Assembly (NCBI GenBank): GCA_001244265.2
Contig: LN717261.1
Location: 1,565,591-1,629,590, forward strand
Direction: 5' to 3'
Source: Microbotryum violaceum
Taxonomy: Eukaryota
DNA: 64,000 bases
The position numbers and the translations under genes are program-made. This document shows positions 35,930-46,991 of this stretch, in pieces; within the stretch, counting starts at the first letter, position 1, and each line of letters starts with the position of its first letter. A model generated the notes under the pieces. It worked only from the letters and a program-made list of their open reading frames with translations, made no database searches and was not told the DNA's origin.

Positions 35930-38900
35930 AGGACCCATGAAAGCCCAGCCTGAGGCGCATAGGTAAAATCCGGGAAAATCGCCGTTTTTGGACCTCATTT
36001 GTCCACTATTTTTTGGGATTTTCGGCCAAAAAGGTCCCCAAAATGTCCAGTCCATCTACGCGCCTCGAAAAATAGCTCTAGAATTGCTTCAAATGCTCTG
36101 CAACATCTTCAAAAATCACGAAAACGGCGTCCGGACGTTTTTCGCTCGGGCCGAATCGGCGGAGCCCGCGCGCGTGTCAGCCGGTTTGGTTCTGCTTCGA
36201 CGAGGGCTCCTCATCTGCACTTGCTGCCTTCCTTTTTGACCCTACATCTTTCACGCCCTTCATTTGATTACTCAAGGACACAGAAGCGTTCCGTAATCCG
36301 TTGTAGCGTCGAAGAAAACAGAACCTGGCCTCAGCCTGCTGGCTTAAGTCGAAGACACGCTCCCCGAGGTATGCAACTGAATCCTGGGGTGCGAGAGTGA
36401 GGGCGGGCGTTGAGGATGATTCCAAGGATTGAATAATTTGTCGAGCATCAAGTCCGAAGAAGCGAGTCGTGCCGTCAATCATATGCGTTGAATAACGGCC
36501 CTTGCTCACAACTCGTAATTCTTGGAGGACGACATTCGAGAGTAATGCGAGGGAGTCGGTCTCCGCTCTGTCACAATGATTTGACGTGGCCTTGGCATAC
36601 ATGTAACGTACTACGAGAAGCAAAATCGACGTCAGTCAGTCTGCAAAGCATTAAGCTAGCTACAGTGAGATGCACAAACCAAGTCCAATGGACAATTGTT
36701 CTTCTCCTATGTTGCTGGCGTCACAACTGACAGGTATGATGCCTCGTTTCAATCCGAAGCAGACAAGAGAGCCGATTTTCAAAGGCATGGCTGACGTGAC
36801 GTTTCCGTCAATCGACCCAAACGTTGGGATCTTGGCGGATACCGTGTATTGCCTTGCTCGCAATTGCATCCGTACCTGGGCAAGAATGAACATTATTGAT
36901 GAGCACTCTCTGGGCGATATGTGCACAGCACACGATTGTAGCTCACTTCTTTACGTCCCTCTTCGATGTATCCTATGTTGTCTGTCTCGTTTGCGGTCGA
37001 AAAGCGACTGAAGGTCCCTTGTCCTGTCCAATGAATGGACCTCGCAACTCCTGACACAGCTTCGAGACGGGCTGCACCCATTGATTGCACTAAGCCTCGG
37101 AGGACACTGGAGTGCACTTCACCATGCTCGGACAATTGCGCTTTTGATGTGGGATCGAAATCTTGGGCAGTCGAGGTGGGGGCGCCGTGCCTTCCCTTGA
37201 GTAGGACAGCCTTGAGGTGGGCATATTGATGGGCCCGACGGTGCTCAATCAAGCTTTTCAGATCAAGCACTACCTGACAAGTGACGTGACGCAGAAGAGA
37301 TGGGAGCCGAAGAATTTGAGCCTGTGAAAGAGTGCTGGTTCTGTTTAGTCGTTCTGCAAGAAGACAGTCGCTGCTTAAATGAACCTACACGACCTGGCAA
37401 GCTTTCATTTGCTGTCTCAATGGCGCCGAGTAGAAAGCGTTCCTCTGCTTGAGCATTGGCCTCATCATAGGCCTGCTGAACGGCAAGCCTAGAATTGAAA
37501 GAGACGTATCATCAGTTCGGATGAGGCTGGTACAGGTCTCAAGCACTCAACTTACAGTGCAGCATCATTGTCAAGGCCAAGAGCAGCTAAAGAGCGAACA
37601 GCATTTTCAACTGACTTTCGCTCTTTCGGGTCCAGCACGACGAGACCTTGGCACGTTTTAGTTCGGATCCCATTGAGGGTCCGATCTAGGTCAGCGAGGT
37701 ACGAAACCGGATTAGTGTCCTCGGGCTCGAAATGCCAAGGTTCACTACCTGTAAGGGGCGGCATCAAATAGCTTTGCTCAAAACGAAGCCACAAGCTTGC
37801 GACACCCACCATTGACCGGTATCTCTTCCTCTACCTGGTTGGACTTCTGATAATGTATGGTATCCCACATTTGAAGACCAAGAAGGAGCTCTTCTGCAAG
37901 TCCTGCAGCAACCAAGCTTGTGGATCGAATCTCTTCATCATTTGGATAAGTCCGCATTGCGACAAGGTCGAGATCGTCGAGCCTGTCATACGTGGTAGCC
38001 TTGCCGCAAGCCTGCGGTCTCTGTTTTGAGCTTTCGCATCAATCCTAGGAGCGCAGTAACTTTGCTTGCCGACTAAAGGCCCAGAAATATAAGCTTTACA
38101 AGCAGTAGCTCATGTGAAACCCCGAAAGAAAAGATGACTTACCTGCAGGAATCCTAAAGCATCAAATTCTTGCACGACTTTGCGCAAACCGCCAAAAAAG
38201 TGCTCGACCATCTCCGTACCATGTCGCCAAGGTATGAACGCTTCTTCCGGCCAAAAGTCGCGGTAGTTCCGAATAAGGGCGATGTTTGTATCGACGACCT
38301 TTCGCATACCATCTAGGGTCTCCTTGGCTACAAAGGACTGCGCGTTGTACCCGGGACGATTGCGCATGAAGGTCAACCAGCCCGCAAATGTATAACGAAC
38401 CGTTAATAGCATCTTGATACGTTCAATCGGCTGCAATGACCTATTTTGTATCGCGTCATGAAGCTCGCCGCAGAGAAAGAGGAAGACGATGGCATTGGCA
38501 TCGACTTTGCCGTCCTCGTGAAGTCGGCAAGCAAGCGAGAGAGTAGCTTCGGAGAACTCTCAATGCGTCGCATTGTCATCTTGACGATCACGTCCAATCA
38601 CATCGCGTAGATACAAGGTCTTTGCCGACTCTTCGACGTCGAGCAGCGTCAACAGGTCACGATATCCGATGCATCCGGTGCCGCCGTATATTGCCCTGGC
38701 GCCTGAATCGCACGCGCTGCGGAGATTTTTGCTCAAGTGCTTTTCGTCCGGATCGAAGCACGTTGGAGTGTTGCCCACTTGAACGGATGCCAGTCGAATG
38801 GCTGGGAAGACTTTGTTGGGACCTGGAGATGGAATGACATGTGCAAGCTCTCGCCGACGGTTCCCCTCTCCGGTATACCCCTCATCGCCGCCAAGTCGCT

Positions 38901-39838
38901 CTGCCATGACGCGCTGCAAGAGGCCTTCGCTTGCCGCCCCATCCGCCGAGATGGAGGCAAGAAGATGACCTAGCCCAGCGTCGACAAGGAATTGAACAAC
39001 TGATTCAAATTCATCCGCAGCCTCGGATGAGCTTGTCAAGTCGCCAATCACGAATGCGGCAAGGTATTGAGCTGGGCAAGAGACATCGTTTGGTGCAAGC
39101 ATGTACACTCGAACCTATTCACAGAAGCGCCAGCAAATGAGCAACCAATCAAAGCACCATGCAGACATAGTCATTGACCTTGGTGCCAGCGATCGGAGGG
39201 TTCGGTCCCCGAAAGATACCCTCGAGCTCCCGCATGGTTTCATACACGATTGGCGGGCCAACCATGCCAATGAGCTTGTGACGAAAGATTTTCTGGCCGC
39301 GCAGGCGATCTTCCGCCTCCTTGTCCTTCGAATAACTCCGTGTTGTCCTGATTACTTGTCGCAGTTCCGTGTCGTCGACATGCACGTTGGAGGTCTTTCC
39401 ATCCGAAAGGATCTTTTGGACAACGCGCTGCATGTGGGGCTCATCTAAGCCGAACCTAGCTTTTCAAATGTGGCTCGGTGTTGTCTGAGAGGTTTGTAAT
39501 TGTCAGTAGCTTGAAGGAGTAACGGATAGCAGGTCTGAAATTGACTGAAGTGTGCGCATTGAGATTCCTCCAATTGTTTTTTGCACCACACGCAAGGCCG
39601 TGGGAGATGCCAGAGCCAGCGCGTGTTCAAAGTCGAGCAAAGCTTCGTCTTGCACATAGCCTCTCATGTCCTTGCCTTGTGCGTTTTGCCTATGCGTGAT
39701 CACGGCAACTTTTGCCATACCTTTCAGAATATTTGCTCCAGCAAGCTCGCCGACAATTAAACCTTGGGCGTAACAAAGATAGATCTTGCCATCCTTGGTC
39801 CCCAAGAGTATTAGAACCTAAAGCCGAGGCACGAGATA
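35930..39838 (-). mobile_element. P-element-like TIR transposon (AGGAC family) with an intron-containing DDE transposase; 5' part lost or displaced by Copia
   Basis: TIR AGGACCCATGAAAGCCCAGCCTGAGGCGC at 35930. Subterminal region matches the rc of 10880-11136. Motifs VDDT, SADG, DEKHLSKNLR, DRQDDNA, GTEMVEHFFGGLR. Confidence 0.75.
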
Positions 39839-42800
39839 TGTTTAGTACGAGAGCCAAGGATGATAGTAAAGACAGTTGGAGAAAGAAGGAAAGCGCAGAT
39901 GTAAGGCTCGGTTGCCTTACGCTATTTAACTACCCTTCTGATTTCAATATGCATCTATTGAAATTGTCAGTCTTTTGGACTGTGTAACCTAGTCGTGAAG
40001 GGCCTGGGGTATTACAACAGAGTAGGAGCGTGCAAGGCAAGCAATAGCCGCGCGAGGCGACTAATATCAACAACTAGTAACTAATCATGATCGGTAATAG
40101 AAGTGGGATGAAACAGCAATATACACTCTGACACCCCCCCGTGCTGTCATACCACTGCACCTCGTAAGCCCAAGTTTGTCCAATGGAAGATGAAGGGCTT
40201 GGGACCCAAGGCCTTGGTGAAGATGTTGGCAAACATGTTGCCAGTGGTGATGTAGCGGACCTCAATCTCTTTGTCAGCAACCCTCTCGCGGACGTAGTGT
40301 TCCGAGATGTGAACGTGACAAGATCCCTGATGGTTGGTTGGGTGTTGTGCCATAGCAAGCAAACATTCGTTGTCACCATAGAGCACGACTGGACCGGAAA
40401 CCGGAGCGCCGAGTTCGCTCAGGTGAATGGCGTCCCCGCTAGCATACGAAAGAGAGAGGTATTCCGCATCGGTAGTAGACTTGGTGACCCTGTGCTCCCG
40501 TTTGGAACACCAAGCAATGGCGGCTCCGGACAAGATGAATGCGTAGCCCATGGTCAATCGCGAGGTTGTCAGGCAGGCTCCCCAGTTTGCATCCAAGTAG
40601 CCATGGAGCGGTTGGTTGGTCTTGCGGTAGGTGAGCCCCAAGTCCAGCGTGCCTTTGATGTAGCGGAGGACTTGCTTGATGGCTGTCCAATCCTCCGGGC
40701 CGGATTGCTGCGAGAAGTGCGCGAGGTAGCTGACCACAAAAGCGAGGTCCGGACAAGTGCCAACTGCCGCGCACATTAACGAACCAATGGCCTGCAAGTA
40801 GCAAGTGCGATCCTCAGGGGTAGCAGACGAGTTCTCGAAATCGAGGACGACACCGGGTTGCATGGGGACGCTTGCCAGCTTGGCATCGGCGAATTGGAAC
40901 CTGGCCAAGATATCTCGAAGGTAGCGCTCTTGGGAAAGTGTGATGGACCCGTTGTGCCCGCGTTTGACTTGGATGCCAAGGATGTATTTGGCAGGCCCGA
41001 GACATTTGATACCATATGCGAGTTCCAACGCGTCAAGAACCTTATCAATCTCGGCGGTAGAGGGCCCAACCAACAGCAAGTTGTCAACGTACAAGGCAAT
41101 GTAATGAGAGTGCCCGTCGTGTTTGCGGCAGTAGATGCAGATGTCTGATTGGGTGGGCACGTATCCGAGGGAGCGCAAAGTCGAGTCAATCTCTGCGTTC
41201 CAGATGGTGCCCGCTTGGCGAAGTCCGTAGATGGATTTGGACAGCCTGAGGATCTTGCCAGGCATGTTGATGCCTTGTGGAACGCGCATGTAGAGAGGCT
41301 TGTCAAGTTTGCCATGGAGGTACGCCTTGTTGACGTCGGCTTGATGGACATGGTAGCCGTTGGCCGCGGCGAGGGCGATGAGAGCCCGAATGGACGTGAA
41401 CTTGACGACTGGGGCATAGTTCTGCTCGAAGTCAATGCCAGGGCGTTGGGCACAACCATGGGCAACGAGACGAGCCTTGCAATCGGTGATGTCCCCATGC
41501 TGGTTGCGTTTAGTTTGGAACACCCAGCCCGACTGTAAGAGGATCTCACCCGCGGGGAGCTCACAGGATTCAATGACTTCGAACATCTCATATTCATTGA
41601 GAAGTGATTCGAATTTGTTGTGTGCCGGGCCACCCCACGTGTCCTGTTGTCCCGATTGGATGACATTGCCCCAATTGGCTGGATCTCGGACAACAGATAA
41701 GTTGTGCTCCGCAAAGCCGGCTTTGGTGGACGCGAAGGCACGGAGCATGCCCTGGAAGGCGGGAGTGGGTCCATCAGGTCCGCCAACAAGGTCTTCCCAC
41801 ATGATGAGGGTGGGAACAAGTGGGCGGCGAGTCCGGGGGCCAGCAATGATGTTCCGAGCGTTGATTTCACCGTACTTCCCTGGATTGGGACCAACCTTGG
41901 CAACATTGCCGTACTCCCAAGTGGGCTTGACTTTGGCAAGTGGAGTTGGCTCCGGTGGTGCTGGTTCCGGAGGATGCTGCCGCAGGTGGATTGAAGAAGT
42001 GGCATCGTCGTCAAGCGAAGGCGGCTGGGTGGGTTCGACAAGCACGGGAGGTAACAGCGTTGCCGGAGCGTCGGCAGGTGGAGGACGGGGATAGAAACCC
42101 GGAACAGAAGGCGGTGTGATGCGGGCGGGAACGGTAACAAAGGGGAACTCGGTTTTGAGGAACATCACATTCCGGCTCAAACTCACGCGCATTGAGGAGG
42201 GATTGAGAAGGCGCCAGGCTTTCGCGTGTCGATCGTAACCCACAAAGACCAGCGGAATCCCTTTTGGGTCGAGTTTGTCCCGATGATGAGCCGGCACGGT
42301 GGCCCAGGCGCGACAACCAAACGCTCGAAGCGCTCCCACGGTCAGGGGGGCGCCTGACCAGCGACAATTTGGTACACCTCCCTTGAGAGCTGCATGAGGC
42401 GAAAGGTTCTTGGTGTGGATGTAATACATGGCAGCCTTGTCCCAGCACGTACGTGGGAGTCCTGAGTCAATCAGTAAAGCCAGGGTGCCCTCCACAATAG
42501 ATTGGTTGAGCCGCTCGGCTCAACCGTTTTGCTTGGGCGTGTACAGTATGGTCAATTCGCGACGGATCCCACGAGTCACGCAAAAACCATTGAAGGCGGT
42601 AGAGACGTGTTCACCGCCGTTGTCTGAGCGGAGCGTGTTGACCCTGCGACCTGTCTCGTTTTCGATCTCCATAAGCCAGTCCTTAAACGTCTGAAGGACC
42701 TCGCTCTTGTGCCCAATGGGGTAGACCCAAGTTTTCCTCGAGAAGTTGTCGACGAATGTGACGAGGTACCGTTTGTGGCTGAACGACTCCTCTGGAAAGG

Positions 42801-43030
42801 ACAAGACATCCGAGTGGACCAGTGCTAGCGGCTCCGAGGCGTGGAATGACAAAGGGGGGAACGGCAAACGATGGGCTTTGGATGCGAGGCGCGCATTGCA
42901 GGTGAAGTCTACACACTCGAGGTCACTATAGGTCCAATCCAAACCCTCCACCTGGCCAGAGGCCGCCAGTTTTTTAAGTGTCTGGACAGAGGCATGACCG
43001 TAGCGACAGTGAAGGGTAAGTAAAGGGATC
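39839..43030 (-). mobile_element. Ty1/Copia element A, 5'-truncated (GAG-pre-IN, IN, RT, RNase H, probable 3' LTR 39839-40133)
   Basis: [41 protein letters not shown](N), A(N)IFTKAL. G7 polypurine tract followed by TGTCAG at 40133. Confidence 0.9.
39900..40016. mobile_element. 117-bp TGTAA..TTACA mini element (solo-LTR/TRIM-like) inside the Copia A LTR
   Basis: 5-bp terminal inverted repeat; flanks GCAGA/ACAGA (4/5 match); second copy at 49366-49480. Confidence 0.8.
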
Positions 43031-43077
43031 CCATGGGACTTGGTGATCTCTTGGACGACAACCCCTTACCTCCTCAG

Positions 43078-43993
43078 TGCTTACGGCAAGATCAACCACA
43101 TCGCCAACAACGCTGGCTTCACATTTGACGAGATGCTCCACACCATGACCAACGACGCTTTTGAGCTGATCCTCAAGGTGCACCTCTCAGCCCCCTTCCG
43201 CATTGTCCGAGAGGCCGCCCCGTACCTGCGCGCCAAGGACCCCAAGGTCATTGCGACCAACCGAGCCATCGTCAACATCTCGTCGATCGCCGGTCTCCAC
43301 GGAAACGTCGGCCAGACCAACTACGCTACGGCCAAGTCCGGTATTCTTGGCTTCACCAAGACCGTTGCCAAGGAGTGGGGTATGTGATTCCTCTAGCCTC
43401 CTCGAAGAGCTCACTCGTCTGCTGACATCGCCCATGTTGACATCGCCCATGTTGCATAACCCACCCACAGGTGCGTTTAACGTCCGCTGCAACGCCGTTG
43501 CCTTTGGCTACATTCTCTCGCGATTGACCCGTGAGTCTAAAGACTCAATCTCAAGACAGGACATGGAGTGCTGAACATGGCTTGTTTTGCCGCTTCTCTG
43601 CTGCAGAGGCCAAGGAACTCGGCGAGACGATTGAAGTCGCCGGACAGAATATTTCCCTTGGTATTCCGACTGGCGGCAAGAAGCAAGAAGGGCCGGTTCC
43701 AGGGTGCATCTGAGTGAAGTCGATCTCCTAAAGAGAATTTGGCCCCTGACGACCTCCCTCCCAACTCCTTTTGCAGGATTCCTCTTGGTCGACCCGGAAC
43801 GGCCCAAGAGGCAGCGAACGGTGTCCTTTTTCTCATCTCCCCCTTGGCTTCGTACGCCATGGGTCACACACTTGAGGTGAGTGTCTTGAGTCGCCGACCA
43901 CTCTTGTTCCAATTTGTTCCACCTGTACGCGGAACTAATGATGTGGCTGTTTGATGGCTTGTGTTCCAGGTCACCGCCGGTAATGGTATCTAG
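43078..43993 (+). pseudogene. Short-chain dehydrogenase/reductase (FabG-like), 5'-truncated
   Basis: NNAG, IVNISS, YATAK (YxxxK), VRCNAVAFG, IPLGRPG, LEV|TAG. Introns retained. No N-terminal TGxxxGxG exon; it abuts Copia A. Confidence 0.85.
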
Positions 43994-45545
43994 CGAGGGT
44001 ACTTACCCGGCAGTATGAGGTTATACCGATCGAGCGGGAGTGGCCCGGCCCCAATAGGAGGTGATTTTCGCGATTTTTTTTTCTAGCCCGCAAAGAGAGT
44101 TATTCTGGCTGTCACAAGTGGAGGCCACTAGTGCTAGCCTCAATTACATGAAAGCTGGTTGGGGAAGAAGAACCTACTGCTGAGCTTGATATAAGCTGGG
44201 CTAAGCTGTAGCGGAGCATTTAGTCCGGCCAGTTACCAGGGCGCGCTTACCCCCCAGTCGAGCATAGCAAAAAGGCGGATATTTTGAGGATGGCTTTGGG
44301 ACGGGGTCGGGACGGCCATGGGATGCCCGAGGGATGGTTGCCATCCTGGGATGACCGTGGACGATCACGGAGCACTACCAGAGTTGGGCACCCCAACTCT
44401 GCGACCATCCCGGGACCGTCCCCTGACGGTCCCCGCGACAGGCACACCAATGCTGGGACCGTCCGGGGACCATCCCGGAATAAGAGATTGACGAGCGTGT
44501 AATCCAACCGTCATTTAACTGCATGCCGAAAGTGGCTGTGAAGCTAAATACCTGACGAGCGTGTAATCCAACCGTGGAGAGAAGACAACGGTTGGTGTGC
44601 ATCGCTAGGCTTCACTAAACAGACGAGCGCTTCTAAACAGATTACCAATGAACGCGCCATTCCTAACCCTCATTCCCAACACACCAACTCGCCCCTTCAC
44701 GCGATGAAGCAATAAGCCCAATCCCGTGTACAAACTGATAGTGCTTCTGAGTTCCGAGCCCTTTGGTGAGGACGTCCGCAGCCATGGTGCCTGTGGGCAC
44801 CCAGACCATCTCAATTGTGCCTTCCGCAATGTGATCTTGGATGAAGTGGAAATGGATCCCGATGTGTTTGGTGCGAGCATGGAAAGCCGGGTGTTTGGGT
44901 GTTTGGCCAGAGTGATAGCCGATTGGTTGTCACCCCTCAGACGAGTCGGCGATGTCTGCTCAAAACCAAGATTGGCCAGCAGCCGACGCAACCAGATCCC
45001 CTTACGAGCGGCGTACAACATGGCCACATATCTGGCCTCAGTGCTCGACAGAGTGACAAGAGTCTGATGTTTGGCTATCCAGGAGATTGCCCTGCCAGCG
45101 CACGTGAAGACATAACCCGAGACGCTGCGGCGGGTCACAGGGTCGGCACCATGGTCCGCGTCGACAAAACCTTCCAAAATGGCCAACATCGGCTGATGGG
45201 TTTTCTGGTATCGAATGCCAAAGTTACGAGTGCCGACAAGGTACCGGAGAATGTGTTTGAGCACCTCCCAATGTTCCGCCTCGAAGTTGTTACAGAAACG
45301 AGCAGCCTTGGACACGGCGAAAGCGATGTCGGGCCGAGTAGTGCCAGACAGATACAGAAGCTTGCCGACAATGGCACGGTACGGTATGGAAGCGGGGTCG
45401 AAATCAGAGTTCACACGGTTCCTCAGGGTCGACGGTGCCGCAAGCGGGGTGGGACGCGGGGAGGCGTTGGCCATGTTGTATTCCTCAAGAAGTGCATCCA
45501 CAAAATGAGATTGAGTAGCGATGGCCGCACCCGTTTTGCCCTCAC

Positions 45546-46346
45546 CTCGAGTGTGCGTTCCGAGATTGGGAGTACGCCGCAGGGAAGCGAGGCCCCTGCG
45601 GAAGGTATACCCCGCCCCTTGTCTCCAGCCGCGCGCCGGTGTTGTCGGCCACCCGCCCGCGCTGCAGACCGAGGTGTGTCCAATGGACTGTCACATGCTC
45701 CGTGACTTTCCCCGGAAATCTCTGGAATGTGTGTTTTTGTGCGAAGTAGGCCTGTTTCGCAGTTGCAGTCATTGAATAGGGGTGATCTGGGGTCGTGCGG
45801 TCGCGAGGGGGGGGGCCAACTTCGGTAACCGAAAAGGGGTTTGGAATCCGCGGTGGAGATCCAGCGCAGACGGGTACAAGGGGTATGTGATTGCTGCGGT
45901 CGCAGGGGGTTACATTCCCCTTTTGGACCACGTGAATCATTCGGATTGAGCGGGATGTTTGTGCCATCAGAGGCCTTGTTCGACGCGTCTCAAAGAATTA
46001 AGGGCCTCAAGGAGTATGGCAGTCTCAGGGGGGTCTGAAGTCAAACTGTACAACTATGATCGGATTCACCTGTACAACACATGTACCACCACCAACATTT
46101 CTTCCATCGTTTCCAGATTCCCCGTGTATTATCTTCAATCTTCCTTTCATTCGTCTCTGGGAGGGAGCAACCGTGGGTGGGGGGGACTTGAACTCGGATG
46201 TATTGGGTTGGTCTGTTCTGCTAGTTACAACGCATCGAGCGGCGGTTGTGGTCATCAACGTGCATACTGGGCAACATCACCTTTAGTTCCGTAGGGGGGT
46301 TTCTCGTCTTGCAAATTAGCGATGAGTTTCATTCCAAAAAAAAAAA
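45546..46346 (+). mobile_element. 5'-truncated non-LTR retroelement (second LINE-like family) inserted in Copia B RT
   Basis: A11 tail at 46336-46346. 6-bp TSD CCTCAC at 45540-45545 and 46347-46352. Removal restores [12 protein letters not shown]. Cys/His-rich remnant inside. Confidence 0.85.
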
Positions 46347-46750
46347 CCTCACGCATTATACTCTGACCCAGGAAGAAAGACACCTTGCCCGTGCTGCGGG
46401 CCTCAAAACGCGCCTTGAGCTGAGTGAGAACGCCGTCGAGGTCGCCGTCACCCGTGAGCAGTCCGTCGTCGACATGAATGGAAAGGAAACAGCGCTTATC
46501 CCCTTCCCTGCAAATGAAGACGGCATGATCACTGTCGGTACGCTTGAAGCTGATCAACAAAATCCACTCGGTGAAGACTTTGTACCACTCCCTACCCGCC
46601 TGGACGAGTCCGTACAGCGCGCACTGAAGGTGCACAACTTGCCCACTGGGCAGACGCATGTAGATCTCCGTTCCACCGAGATTGCCATTGAGGTATGCCG
46701 ACAAGACATCAAATTGCCAGGTCTCCCACTGTGCCGCCTCCCATCGCCTG

Positions 46751-46991
46751 TGAAAGGCACGAGATCGCTCTCGAGCCTCACTGGCGACCTAAGCTGACAG
46801 GTACAAGTTATATCGATTGCAACTAGCTTCTGGTGTCAGCCCAATCATCTACGACGAGAGTGCTGAGATATGGAACACCAGTACTCACCTAGCTTCTGCT
46901 GTCAGCCCCATGAGGAGGGAACTGAAGAATCTAGGTGCGCGTGATCTCTATTTCTAGTGCCTGTGGCCCGTAGTAAGGTGCGCGCCTTACA
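46751..46991. mobile_element. 241-bp solo LTR inserted in Copia B RT
   Basis: TGAAAGGC...GCCTTACA termini. 5-bp TSD GCCTG at 46746-46750 and 46992-46996. Confidence 0.88.
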
